Source: Octopus sinensis
Lineage: Eukaryota
Assembly: GCF_006345805.1 (NCBI RefSeq)
Contig: NC_043004.1
Coordinates: 96,906,001-96,970,000 of the forward strand
Length of the DNA: 64,000 nt
Direction: 5' to 3'
The position numbers were made by a program, and so were the translations under genes. Positions within the stretch are counted from its first letter, which is position 1. Each line of letters begins with the position of its first letter. The notes under the pieces were generated by a model. The model was given only the letters and a program-made list of their open reading frames with translations, was not told the origin of the DNA and ran no database searches. Positions 1-12,696 of this stretch are shown here, piece after piece.

Positions 1-310
1 GCAAAAGAGGCTGATTGCTACTTAGCTCAGATACCAGGAAATCCCAAAATGGTAGAAATTAAAAAAACAGTGCTCATGGGAACTGCTCATATCCTACGCA
101 AAATACTTTCTATGTAATCACAAGTTTTAAAACAAACATAATTTTCGCATGGTTTTTTTGGCATTCTCTAGAACAACACTATGTACAAAACCAAATATAT
201 GGCACACTAGGCATAACACCAACATGAACTTCCAACTTGTTGTCTCTTGAGGTCTCTGGGTGAGACTTGGAGCCAACTTGTACAAATGTAAAGCAAAAGT
301 CAAACATAAA

Positions 311-311
<1 letters not shown>
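1..311 (+). mobile_element. 3' end of a Dong/R4-clade (restriction-like endonuclease) non-LTR retrotransposon
   Basis: Frame +1, 1-117, reads AKEADCYLAQIPGNPKMVEIKKTVLMGTAHILRKILSM*, the typical R4/Dong C-terminus (QK.VL.GTAHILR). A 3' UTR follows and runs directly into (TAA)n at 312-353. Confidence 0.8.

Positions 312-353
<42 letters not shown>
312..353 (+). repeat. (TAA)n microsatellite, probable Dong target or tail
   Basis: Pure TAA run abutting the Dong-like 3' UTR. Confidence 0.95.
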
Positions 354-354
<1 letters not shown>

Positions 355-357
355 CAA

Positions 358-568
358 TTCTTCTATAGGCACAAGGCCTGAATTTAGCAGGAGGGGACCA
401 GTCAATTAGATCGACTCCAGTACACAACTGGTACTTAATTTATCAACTTCTGAAAGGATGAAATGCAAAGTGGACCTCAGTGGAATTTGAATTCAGAATG
501 TAAAGATGGTCAAAATGCTGCTAAGCATTTCTCCCACTATGCTAATGATTCTAGCAGTTTGCTGACTT
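358..568 (-). mobile_element. SINE family A (tRNA-type head GGCGGCGAGCTGGCAGAA...GAGTTCAAATTCC), tail type 1
   Basis: Reverse complement aligns by eye to the well-preserved copy at 9341-9576. It has a B-box-like motif and a GGCCTTGTGCC tail. Confidence 0.8.
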
Positions 569-584
569 AATAATAATAGCAATG

Positions 585-651
<67 letters not shown>

Positions 652-659
652 TATTATTA

Positions 660-701
<42 letters not shown>

Positions 702-713
702 CATTATTATTAT
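585..713. repeat. (TTA)n microsatellite
   Basis: Long near-pure ATT run. It is the source of spurious poly-I/poly-Y ORFs. Confidence 0.95.
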
Positions 714-867
714 TCTAGCATATATATATATATATATTTGGGTTCAAATTTTTTTCCTCCCTCTGCATAAGACGATAATAATAAAATTACTACATTGGTT
801 TTTTAAAAATATAAATGTAAGCAGCAAACCATGTCAGACAGAAGAAATGTTACAAAGACTCAAATTC

Positions 868-1115
868 ATAAGCACAAGGCCAGCAACTTTGAGGAGAGGG
901 TGAATTAATTACATCAACACCAGTACTCAACTGCTACTTATTTTATCAAGTCCAAGAGAATGAACGGCAAAGTTGACCTCAGAGAGGAAAAGTTAACCCT
1001 AGGTATATTTGAACTCAAGACATAAACGGTTGGAATTCAGGAAATAAAGAGGTGGATGAAGTACTACTAAGAATTTTATCTAGCATGTTAATGAATCTGC
1101 CAGCTCAACTACCTT
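868..1115 (-). mobile_element. SINE family A, degenerate, tail type 1
   Basis: GCACAAGGCC...GGCAAAGTTGACCTC...TTTGAACTC...CTGCCAGCTC motifs occur in order. Confidence 0.7.
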
Positions 1116-1139
1116 CATAATGACTTTAATATTAATTGA

Positions 1140-1347
1140 AAATTTTGGTACAAGGCCAGCAATTTTGGGGGAGGGGTGAGTCAATTACATGAACTCCAGT
1201 ATTCAACTGGTATTTATTTTATCTACCCCAAAAAGGATGCAAGGCAAAGTCGACCTTGGTGGAATTTGAACTCAGATCGTGAGCATGGATGAAATGCTGC
1301 TGAGATTTTTGCCCATTGTGCTAATGATCTTACCAGCTCACCACCTG
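1140..1347 (-). mobile_element. SINE family A, tail type 1
   Basis: Same ordered motifs (GGCAAAGTCGACC, GGAATTTGAACTCAG, CCAGCTCACCACC). Confidence 0.8.
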
Positions 1348-1389
1348 ATAATGAGAATGATTTAAATATTGATAATTATAATAAAATAA

Positions 1390-1840
1390 CGAGCTGGCAG
1401 AATTGTTACCACACCAGGCTGAATGCCTTGTGGCAGTTCATAAATCTTTAGGTTCTGAGTTCAAATCCACCAGGGTCAACTTTGCCTGTCATTCTTTTGG
1501 GGTTGATAAAAAAGAAGTACCAGTTAAATACAGGATTTGATATATGTTTCTTTACTACCCACAAGGGGCTAAACATAGAGAGGACAAAGAAAGACAGACA
1601 AATGGATTAAGTCGATTATATCGACCCCAGTGTGTAACTGGAACTTAATTTGTCGACCCCAAAAGGATGAAAGGCAAAATCGACCTCGGCGGAATTTGAA
1701 CTCAGAATGTAACGGCAGACGAAATACGGCTATGCATTTCGCCCGGTGTGCTAACGGTTCTGCCAGCTCGCCACAGGATTTGATATAATCAACTTATTCC
1801 CTCCCTTGAAATTGCTGGCCTTGTGCCAAAATTTGTAACC
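1390..1840 (+). mobile_element. SINE family A (tail type 1) interrupted by a younger SINE A copy
   Basis: Head CGAGCTGGCAGAA at 1390, GAGTTCAAATCC near 1457, tail GGCCTTGTGCC near 1817. The copy is split at a duplicated ACAGGATTTGATATA. Confidence 0.8.
1545..1772 (-). mobile_element. SINE family A, tail type 2, nested insertion
   Basis: Perfect 15-bp TSD ACAGGATTTGATATA at 1530-1544 and 1773-1787. Confidence 0.9.
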
Positions 1841-1852
1841 AATAGTAATAAT

Positions 1853-2066
1853 CTTTTCTATTATGGGCACAAGGCCTGAAATTTGATGAGAGGGGGTCAG
1901 TTGATTAGACTGACCCAAGTACACAACTGGTACTTAATTTATCGACCCTGAAAGGATGAAAGGCAAAGTTGATCTTGGCAGAATTTGAACTCAGATCATA
2001 GCCACAAGTGAAATACTGCTAAGCATTTCGTCCAGCATGCTAACAATTCTGCCAGCTCACTGCCTT
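1853..2066 (-). mobile_element. SINE family A, tail type 1
   Basis: Aligns to the family A consensus seen in the other copies. Confidence 0.85.
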
Positions 2067-2075
2067 GTAGCCAAT

Positions 2076-2409
2076 CTCTTTTATTCTTTTATTTGTTTCA
2101 GTCATTTGACTGCGGCTCTGCTGGAGCACTACCATTAGTTGAACAATCGATCCTAGAACTCATTCTTTGTAAGCCTAGTACTTATTCTGTCAGTTTCTTT
2201 TGCTGGAACGCTAAGTTACAGGGATGTAAACACACCATCATTGGCTGTCAAGTGATGGTGGAACAACAAACAGAAACACAAATACACACACACACACACA
2301 CACACATACGATGAGCTTCTTTCAGTTTTTGTTTACTAAATCTACTCACAAGGCTTTGGTTGGCCTGAGGCTACAGTAGAAGACACTTGTCCAAGATGCC
2401 ATGTAGTGG
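2076..2409 (-). mobile_element. SINE family B, 5'-truncated
   Basis: Reverse complement of the family B body (GTCAAATGACTGAAAC tail, internal CA tract, GTGTCTTCTACTGTAGCC). Confidence 0.8.
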
Positions 2410-2439
2410 TAAGGAGGTGGGGGGTCAAGATGCCATGTA

Positions 2440-2698
2440 GTTAAGGAGGTGGGGGGTCAAGACCTTTGAGAGAGCACGTATTCTGCATGAAGGACTTAAA
2501 TGTGCTGCTCGAAAGTGCATTGCTGGTGTAGTGAATGGGGAAAAGCTCGGTTTGCAATGTTTGTGGTCATGTACACTTGTCAAGAGTTGGGCTCATTAAA
2601 AGCCAACAGAGCCACAAATCTAAAATATAAGTTAATCCGCAATGTTCCTGAAAGTCAGCAATGGTCTTCCTCGGTCACGAGTGGATGACCATCATCAT
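2440..2698 (+). mobile_element. 3' end of a BovB-like RTE LINE with C-terminal zinc finger
   Basis: Decayed frames read GVKTFERARILHEGLKCAARK and VCNVCGHVHLSRVGLIKSQQSH (CCHH-like, typical of BovB/RTE C-termini). It ends in a (CAT)n tail. Confidence 0.6.
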
Positions 2699-2769
2699 GT
2701 ATGTATGGATGTATGGATGGATGGATGTAATTGTCTATCTATATCTCTTTATCTATTGATACATATATA

Positions 2770-3170
2770 TATGATCAAATGTAATGACAAGCAAGTTGGG
2801 CGAGTCAATTTACACAGAATATTAAATACATTTCATAGAAAAAAATGTATATGTGTATGGATATAAAATAGTTGGACTTACAGACAATAAATAATATTAG
2901 TAGTTAAATGGGTAGAGTTTTAGGAGACCAACAGCTGTGTCTGGGGGCTTGTGCTTAGGAATAATGATAGTTACTTGAATACATTATTGGATAATACCTC
3001 CATCTTCAGGGGATAATTTTACATTGGAGACTTTTACATTTGAAGTGTTGACAGGATGGAGTTTAAAGATGGAATATATCTGTACACATGTACATTTTTT
3101 TCTATTAAATGCATTTAATATTTTGTGTAGATCGACTTGCTTAACATACTTATCATTACATTTACTCATC
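2770..3170. repeat. ~95-bp imperfect inverted repeat, Penelope-like terminus
   Basis: 2770-2864 is the reverse complement of 3075-3170. The spacer has a decayed CTGAAGA TGGAGG hammerhead-like core on the minus strand near 3010. Confidence 0.65.
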
Positions 3171-3339
3171 AAATCTCTTGAGCACTTCAAAGTGTATTCT
3201 ATATAGAAAAATACACCTTTCTCTAACCTATAAACTATATATATTAAATAATAAGGGTAGAAATTGATATTAATGAATTAAAACCAGTGCTTTAGCAGTA
3301 TTTTTAAAAATCTGAAGATTAAAAATTGTGTTACATACT

Positions 3340-3541
3340 AAATTAAGACAAATGACCACTAAAGTGGACACCTAATATGCTAAACATAGATGTCAAATCG
3401 CCATTACCATGAAGAATATATATATGTGTGTGTGTGTTTGTGTGTCTGTTTTTTCACCCACACATTCTTCATGGTAATGGAGATTTGACGCCTATGTTTA
3501 GCATTTTAGGTGTCCACTTTAGTGGTCATTCCTCTTAATTT
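3340..3541. repeat. 78-bp inverted repeat around a (TA)/(TG) tract
   Basis: 3340-3417 pairs with 3464-3541 with few mismatches. Confidence 0.85.
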
Positions 3542-3783
3542 TATGTATGTATATATATATATATATATATATGTATGCTCAAAGAGACACATACACACAC
3601 AGCCACACACACGCCTACACACACACACACACACACACATACACACACACCTACACACCCATACACACAGACAGAACTCAGCCTAGAGTTACTGCAAAAT
3701 CACTTGCCCAGTGCAGTGGAACCGAATCCATTATGAAGTGGTGATGAAGAGAATTTCTTAAACAAAGAACCATTATTATCCTC

Positions 3784-3814
<31 letters not shown>

Positions 3815-4190
3815 ATATATATATATATAGTATGTATATATTGTCTATATATGTGTGTGTGCGTATATATGTTATATATATATGTGTATATATATATATA
3901 CATATATTTGTATATCTATTTATTTATGTATATATATATACATATAATATATATGTCTATATATATATATATATATACATCTATATATATATATATAGAT
4001 ATATATATATATATAGATATATAATATATATATATATATGCTTATATATCTACATATATATATATATATAGATGTATATATATATACTATATATATGTAT
4101 ATTATATAAATATATACATCTATATATATATATATTTATATATGCATAGATATTATATATAGATAAGTATATATATATATGTATATATAT
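3784..4190. repeat. Compound (TA)n/(TG)n microsatellite
   Basis: Low-complexity TA/TG sequence. Similar tracts lie at about 4530-4900, 7710-8160, 11595-11820, 16100-16870, 18700-18880, 38190-38500, 39015-39760, 47520-48050, 49420-49680, 50350-50500, 51040-51350 and 54620-54784. Confidence 0.95.
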
Positions 4191-4578
4191 CCACCTAGTG
4201 TTGAATGACGGAAGAACGAGTACTCTACACCATAGTATACACATACACACACATATAAAACTAATTAAGACCTAAAATAAATAAGATAGTAAAATAACAT
4301 AACTACAAAAACTAATAAAGATACCATAAAAAAATAAATGGTGTTTATTTACTCAATATATTATATTGTGTTTTATTCGATTTCGTTTAACTTTTATCTA
4401 TTTATGTTTTCTTTATATTGAAACAAGCAATGAAGTTTAATTGTATTGGCAGAGAATTAACTGCCACCAGCGAGAAATCTTTAATATTTGCTTGTATATA
4501 TTCAGATAACTTTATCATTTCTTTACAGCTTTGTCTTCTAGCTATATGTATGCATATATGTATGTATATATGTATGTA

Positions 4579-4618
<40 letters not shown>

Positions 4619-5602
4619 AATCTTGGTACTTATACATGTATTCATTTATGTATATTTGTATGAGCGTATACATACACCAGCACACACACACATACACTCA
4701 TGCTCACACACACCCAAGAAAAATGTCTTTGTATATATGTGAATGTGTATACACATATGTGAATATATATACATTCATACACAAACACACACATATATAT
4801 ATAGAAGAGTTTGTATATATGTTGATATATACATATATGTATTATATATCTGTGTGTGTGTGTGTGTTGGTATATATATTATATATATATATATATATAT
4901 AAACAAAACAAAAAATAGAACAAAAAGGTTACAGGTAACAACAAAACATTCGGACAGTTAGATGATACAAAAAAGGACAGGAAACAACAAGGTTGGGTCA
5001 TTCAGAACTTTCAATCTTCAGTCAAGTACCAGATCGTCTTTGCAGTTTCAGCCAGTTACTCTCAAGACTGCTCTAAGAAAATCTAAGCTAACAGCACTAG
5101 ATTCTTTGGAAGAAAGCAAGTGAATGTATCCAAAAACAAGGATGCAACAAACGGCGAAATGGTATATAATTACAAAACAAACAACAGGTGTCTTTCGACT
5201 AAGGACAAATTAAATTAAGCTGGTGTGTGTGGAAGTGAAGCCTTACAGCAGGGACATAGAAGATAAAAGTCACCGAAAAGAATAAAAGAGATGCTAAATG
5301 GATGGTTGTTGAAACAAGAAAGGTCAGGCTTGGCTGAACACGGGTCACATAGAAGGAGAGGAGAGAGGTGGGGTAGAGGGATTGAAGAATTAAGGAGGCA
5401 CGACAAAGAGAGAAAAAGGAAAGGGATTGAGTGAAGTAAAGGAAGAGGGAAAGTGATGAGAATGAAAGGAAAGTCAAGAAATGTGAGAGAGGGTGGGAGT
5501 GAGAAAAAGAAAACTGGAAGGAATGAAGAGAGTGTGAGGGGGCTAAAAGAAAGAGTAAAAGTGTCATACAGAATTTAGATATACACACACATACATACAT
5601 AC

Positions 5603-5633
<31 letters not shown>

Positions 5634-5769
5634 AAATATTTTATTTACATATCATATATATATATGCAAATTTGTAAATTAAATATTTCACAGACTGTTT
5701 CTTAGAATTTCTGTCCTATAATAATGCAAATATGTAGATATGCTCATGTACACAGTTACGCAACTATAT

Positions 5770-5983
5770 TCTTTTCTACTCTAGGCACAAGGCCCGAAAT
5801 TTTTGGGGAGGACATCAGTTGATTAGATTGACCTCAGTACGCAAATGGTACTTAATTTATCGATCTCAAAAGGATGAACGGCAAAATCAACCTCAGCAGA
5901 ATTTGAACTCAGAACGTAAAGACAGACGAAATACCGCTAAGCATTTTGCCCTGTGTGCTAACGTTTCTGCCAGCTCACCACCT
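5770..5983 (-). mobile_element. SINE family A, tail type 1
   Basis: Family consensus match. It is flanked by a near-identical GTTAC(G/A)CAACTATATT duplication (TSD). Confidence 0.9.
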
Positions 5984-6972
5984 TGGTTACACAACTATAT
6001 TGAAGTGGAAATGACTTCATTAGCTTACACAGGGTTTTGCAGAATTGATCATCTGACAGTCATGAGTACCTAGAATGAAACTTTGGTTTATAAGTATTTG
6101 TAAATGGCGTAGTAATTATTATATAGCTATTCATCAAATAAGCATTTAAAACTGATTGGACAGGACATTATTAATATTGAAAACGACAGGAATCTTGCAT
6201 TAGTACCAAATATATCACTTGTACTATTTGTATCTTTTAATCTGACTTTCATCTCTCCTTTTTATTTTTACTTGTCTTTTTCTTCTTTCTTCTTTGTCCT
6301 TCTCCCTTTCTTTCTTCCCCTCTCTCTTTCTTCTGTTCTTCTTCTTTCTTTCTAGCATCTGCCCATTTCCTATCTGGCTTCCTCCATGATTCCAACTCCT
6401 CTTCTTTTGCAGTAAGCTTATTTATTTAATTTTAGTTATGCACATTTTTAACATTTTTGTTGTTATTTGTGATACTTATTCATCCTCTGGGACACGGGAA
6501 ACTCAACAATATCGTCCTTTATGACATTTTCAAATCTAAAGCCATTTGCTGGTGTCACAATTTTGCTCCAAATTTGATGTAGAAGAATTACTATACGATT
6601 CCATTTAGTTGAGGAGTTAGCAGATTCATCAACACTTCATTCCTTCTATCTCCAGCTTAAGCTATAAACATCCCACTTTCAATTCACACACACAAACGTA
6701 TTCCATTGTGTTGACATACAATATATGTAGATGCAGGCATTACTAACATAGTAATGCTATTACTGTGTTTTACAGTTATTTAAAAGCTGATAGTCGTAGT
6801 GTTGGTGTTGGTCATATATGTTTTGGTGATGGTCACCCCTCATTGATTTAGTTCACAGATATTTCATTCCACTTTTATAATACACTAGTATATCACATCA
6901 CAAGCCATTTTCTTTTATTTTAGATAGATTGCTTACCTTGTTCATACAATTGTTGCAGTCATTGTTGTCATC

Positions 6973-7007
<35 letters not shown>

Positions 7008-7009
<2 letters not shown>

Positions 7010-7172
7010 CGATGGGTTTCTTTCAGTTTCCGTCTACCAAATCCACTAACTAGGCTTTGGTCGGCCCGAGGCTATAGTAGAAGACACTTGTCCTAGGTGC
7101 CACACAGTGGGACTGAAGCTGGAACCATGTGGTTGGTAAGCAAGCTACTCACCACACAGCCACTCTTACACC
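7008..7172 (-). mobile_element. SINE family B, 5' half
   Basis: Reverse complement of the tRNA-type head (GAGTGGCTGTGTGG...GTTCCAGCTTCAGTCCCAC) and core, flanked by (TA)n. Confidence 0.85.
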
Positions 7173-7304
7173 TATATATATATATAATATATATATATAT
7201 ATATACATATACACACACTCACACACACACATATATGAGAGAGAGTGAGAGGGACGGATGGAAGAGATAGAGATAGATGTATATACTTATATATATATAT
7301 GTAA

Positions 7305-7337
<33 letters not shown>

Positions 7338-7708
7338 GGAGAGAGAAAGAGCAACCTTTTTATCTAAGAAGGTATATACAAATACTCACACAAATAAATT
7401 TTCCTTGTGGAAAAATTCTATCCATACTCAATCAGTGGTTTACATGATGCATTCAAAAGGTTTGTTTACACTCACATAGACACACAGCACAGACAAACTC
7501 ACCGATAGTCATATATGTGCGAGTGCAAATGGTGATTATAGTTTTTCAAGTTGCTAACTATAATGTGATCTTAAATGAAATGCTAAGAAACAGCCTTTTA
7601 ATTGAGAAGAAAATACAGCATTGAAATTGTTATAATATTTGATTTTCTGTCAGTAAGAACTCCATAACCAGAAGTAATAGCGATTTGGATGAGATGAGGT
7701 CTTTATGT

Positions 7709-7770
<62 letters not shown>

Positions 7771-7821
7771 ATATATACATATATATAATCTATATATATA
7801 TAATACATATATATATATATT

Positions 7822-7852
<31 letters not shown>

Positions 7853-8742
7853 ATATGTATATATGTGTATGTATGTATTATATATATATATATATTTATG
7901 TTTATATATGTATATATATATATATGTGTGTGTGTGTATACACATGTATAAATATGTATGTGTGTATATATATATATATGCATATATATGTGTGTGTCTG
8001 CGTGTATGTACACACAAACATTTGTACGTAGATGTTTGTATGTGTGCTTACATATATACATATAAATACATATATACATACATATGTACATATATATGTA
8101 CATATATATATACATATATATATGTGAGTTTATGCATATATGTATATATGTATGTACATACACATCTTAGTACTCTTCTCATTAATTGTGATGAAGTATA
8201 GCATTTTTTACACTCATTAGAAAATATAACCGCTATCAATCTAACTTTTTATAATTAGCTCATATATTCTTGGCTTCATTTGATCACTGCGTAAAGCTTT
8301 AGTGGAAGGTAATGGCCTGGACTGGTGTATATGTGTGCATGTACGTGTGTGTGTGTGTGTATGTGTGTGTATGTGTGTGTATGTGTGTGTATGTATGTGT
8401 GTGAGTGATTATTTATAGTTGTTCTTTGTCTATAATATGTCATCTACGATTTTGGTCTGTTCAAACAAATATATTATATATATATATATATATAATAACA
8501 AATATATATTATATTAAATAATATATATATATATATATATATATTAAACAAAATGTAGCTCTAATGCAGTCATGTTGACGATGAACTTCATCATCGTTAT
8601 TAACAATAGGAGAGATAATAAGTTTGGTTGTGTAGTATTTGGATGGTCAAGAAAAAGAAAGTTTGGTGGTGACAGAGGCAATGGTTGTTGTGAACGTGAT
8701 GAAAGATGTAACATTAATGGTGTTAGTGATGATGATATTAGT

Positions 8743-8971
8743 GGCAGTGAGCTGGCAGAAGCATTAGCACACCGGGTGAAATGCTTAGCTGTATTTCGTC
8801 TGCCATTACGTTCTGAGTTCAAATTTCGGCGAGGTCAACTTTGCCTTTCATCCTTTCGGGGTCGATTAAATAAGTACCAGTTATGCACTGGGTCGATATA
8901 ATCGACTTAATCCGTTTGTCTTTCCTTGTTCGTCCCCTCTATGTTTAGCCCCTTGTGGGTAGTAAAGAAAT
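8743..8971 (+). mobile_element. SINE family A, tail type 2
   Basis: Consensus match. TSD TGATATTAGT at 8733 and 8972. Confidence 0.9.
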
Positions 8972-9340
8972 TGATATTAGTGGCTATGGTGATGTTGTTG
9001 TTGCTTGTGATGGTTGCAGTGGTTGTAGTTGTGATAGCAATGGTTCTCCTGGGATCAATTTCTTCAACTAAAGATCCTTTAAGATGGTGCTCTAGCATGG
9101 TCGCAGTCAAATGACTGGAACAGGCAAAGGAATAAAAGAATTAAAGTATGGTAGTGTGCAGATTTAACAATAATGATGTAACAGAATTGGGGGTAGTTCG
9201 TGATGCCTGTGTAGTACAGCCTGTGGCTGTAATGCATTAAGACTGGTGATAGTGGTGTGGTAGAAATGGTTATAATGGTATGGAAGAATTGCTGATTATG
9301 ATGAAGTGGTGCTGGTGGTACCTTCTGATGGTACCTTAAA

Positions 9341-9576
9341 GGCGGCGAGCTGGTAGAAACGTTAGCACGCCGGGTGAAATGCTTAGTGGTATTTCGTCTG
9401 CCGTTACGTTCTGAGCTCAAATTCCACCGAGGTCGACTTTGCCTTTCATCCTTTCAGGGTCAATTAAATAAGTACAGTTACACACTGGGGTCGATATAAT
9501 CGACTTAATCCATTTGTCTGTCCTTGTTTGTCCTCTCTGTGTTTAGCCCCTTGTGGGTAGTAAAGAAATAGAAATA
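9341..9576 (+). mobile_element. SINE family A, tail type 2 (well preserved)
   Basis: Intact head GGCGGCGAGCTGGTAGAA. 10-bp TSD GGTACCTTAA at 9330-9339 and 9577-9586. Confidence 0.9.
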
Positions 9577-9810
9577 GGTACCTTAAGGTGGTATGTGGAT
9601 GGTGTGGTGTGAATGGAAGTGGCGGTGTTCAGCTTGGTGCTAGAATATAAAACAATGTCAGTGTGGCAGCTGTAACAACATTTGCAATAAAAACTTTAAC
9701 AAGAATATCAATGATTGCAACAAAAGTTACAGATGCAGTAATAATTGCAAATGATGCAAGTGGCAAAACGTCAACTAGGAACAAAAGCAGTGAGAGTGTA
9801 AGAATAACTA

Positions 9811-10082
9811 AAGGAGAAGAAGGAGGGAGGAGGAGGACGAGTGGAGAGGAAGAGGTGAAGGAGAGAAAGTGGAGAAGGAGAAGGAGGAGAGGAAGTGGGG
9901 AAGGAGAATGAAAAGAAGGAGGAGAAAGTGGAGAAAGCAGACAAGAAGGAGGAGAATGAGATGGAGTTGGAGGAAAAAAAGGAGGAGAATGAGAAGGCGT
10001 TGGAGGAAAAGGAGAAGGAGAAAGAAGCGATGGGGAAAGAGGGGAATGAGGAGGAGGAGGAGGAGGAGGATAAGGAGAAAGA
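9811..10082. repeat. Polypurine (GAG/GAA) low-complexity tract
   Basis: Almost purely A/G on the plus strand. It explains the E/K/R-rich ORFs. Confidence 0.9.
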
Positions 10083-10399
10083 ACAATAACAACAACTTCA
10101 ACAACAAATCCAAATGCTGCCACCCTCAGCATCGCCACCGCCACTACCACAGCAGGTTTAGAAACAGTAATGTTGGAGCCATCTTATTAACTGATAAGTA
10201 AGTTTGTATTAGCCACCTTGGCTAAAGGCCATGTTGAATCAGAACTCTACTGAAGTATTTCTTCTTTATTTCTTCTTACATAATCATAAACGATGATTTT
10301 TTTTTTCTTGAGCCAATGGAGATAAATATTTGGTGTGTTTTTTGTTTCTCTTAGTTGCTGGCTTTTGAGGAAGAAGCAACGCCCATGGCCTGTGTAGGA

Positions 10400-10705
10400 C
10401 CTTTGAGACTGGTGGGATTAATGCCATTAATATTTTGCACTTACACTGTTGCAAGTCAACATCTGCAGGCAAGACTGATGCTGGTAGGAAGTTTGAGAGC
10501 ATCAATATTCTTGGAGAAAGAATGGCCTGTGTGGAGCCTGGTGGGTTTGATGAAAAATGGATAATGTGAGAGAAAGAGAGAAACAAGTTGGGAGTATCTG
10601 AGTGGAGAATATAATGCATGACCAACTGTCTTAGAGAGGCAGTGATCATCGGAGTAATGGCAGAAAAGGCTGACATGAAAGCACACCGTCTTGTGGCAAG
10701 AGGCC
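10400..10705 (-). mobile_element. CR1/L2-group LINE ORF2 C-terminal relic
   Basis: Broken frames read PLATRR..., HYPFFIKPTRLHT and NFLPASVLPADVDLQQCK, resembling the 'L.HRR...SF.PRT..LWN.LP...F..NL..FK' end of CR1-group RTs. Confidence 0.6.
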
Positions 10706-11149
10706 AGAGTTATTGTTTGACTTATTAAACCGAGTAGTGAAGCCTAGTCACCTCTCTGTACATGGTCTCTTTTGTGACTTTTCACTTTTGCTTCGCTGAA
10801 GCAGACTCTTCCACGTTCACTACATGACAGCTCACTTGGGTCATCCACATTCCTGAAAGCATAATGACCACAATCTATCTAGCATCCCTCCTCAACTTTT
10901 TTTGTAATTTATTCAAGCTATTTTCAAATTCTCACTTCTGCCATAAATTGATTTCCTCCATCTTTTCTGGTCATTTACTATTTCTTCCCTGTCCATTTTC
11001 CAAGATGCCAGCTTTCTTCAAGGACATTTAAATGCTTAGGTTTATGAGATGGATGTTTTCCATTTCTCAGTTCACCATACAAGAGTTGTTTTGGAATCCT
11101 GTAGTTCTTCCATTTGTTTCTAAGTGACCCACTCACTGGGGTCAGGGCT

Positions 11150-11305
11150 GCCAAATGATTGACTCAATACTTCAACAGTGACTTCAATCAAGGATCCCAT
11201 GGACATCACTCATGTACATTTTCCAATGCAAGCCCAAGATATGACACAGACACTGCTGGCGGGAATGCTTTAGCTGATTCCAGTGCTTCCAGTAGCTTAC
11301 CATTT
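11150..11305 (+). mobile_element. Possible CR1-group APE endonuclease relic
   Basis: Reads FNSDFN...TDTAGGNALADSSASSSL, similar to the GDFN...TD.AG..A..F...L segment. Heavily decayed. Confidence 0.35.
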
Positions 11306-11591
11306 CAGAAACATACATACATACACACATACATACATACATACATACATACATACATACATACATACATACATACATAGTTATGAGGCTTCCTTTCATT
11401 GTTAGAAATCATTTCCTTCTTTATAAGTCATTAAGTTGAAAGATATGCTGATGACATGCACACACACACATGCCTATCCATCAATACATATTCACACACA
11501 CTTAGATTTATTTGTAGTTATATCTGTATATACACTTATAAGAGCAGTCGCATAAGCATACATAATGATGAAGGTATCCAAATATGCCGAA

Positions 11592-11813
<222 letters not shown>

Positions 11814-12696
11814 TATATACACTCGCATGCTCATATACCCCCATTTTCACATTAAAGAATAAAGAACATCTTTAATACATGCACAACACACATATTTGCA
11901 CACACATGTATAACACGGACGTACGCATACATGCAAATGCAGACAGCCTTGTTGCATGTGTTTATTCATACAGGTGAACTTGCATCAGTGCACATCTCTC
12001 TACTGTAACACTTTGAGGTGACAATATTTGATATCCTCATGCTCTGGCATGCACAGCAGATTAATTTGCATAAACCTGTGTATGCACATTGCTGACACCT
12101 ATATAACTGCTAAGGTTTTTAGAAACTTGGCATGTTTTATTGCTGTTGTTGTTGCTACTGTTGTTGTTACTGTTGTTGTTTTTGCTATTACTGTTGTTTA
12201 TTGTTGGCTGATTCGATAGTTTTAGAAGTTGTTGAGGTTGCAATGGCTACATCAGTTGCAAAAGACTCAATCCTACTTGTAATAAAGTTAATTAAGTTTA
12301 GGTTAACATAGTTAATGTAGCTAACTAGAAATGATTATAATATAATTAATTAAATTTTTTGCAAATTTTTACTTAATTGTTACCATTATTGTTGTTGTTG
12401 TTTTTGATGTTGTTTAGCTCTGAGCAAGCCAATGATCAAAAGCATCCTATCCATTATCAACCAGTCCTTTTTCAAGAGTATCTACAACCACAGACCATAT
12501 CCAATATGTCCTTTCTTTTCCCAAGAGAACTGGGTGTAATTTAAAGGTGATTTGATAGCCATTTCTAGTAAGTCATGTGATCGCATAAAAGGATTACTTG
12601 TGATCTCATTGCTGCTGATGTAACCACAGTCAGACCTGATCTATGTGTAGCAAAAGGAGTGTTTAACTGAATATGATCTTCCCATAATTATATATA

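Noticed and set aside
9629-10201. Glu/Lys/Arg-rich and Pro/Ser-rich ORFs
   Set aside because: They arise from a polypurine low-complexity tract with no domain or splice support.
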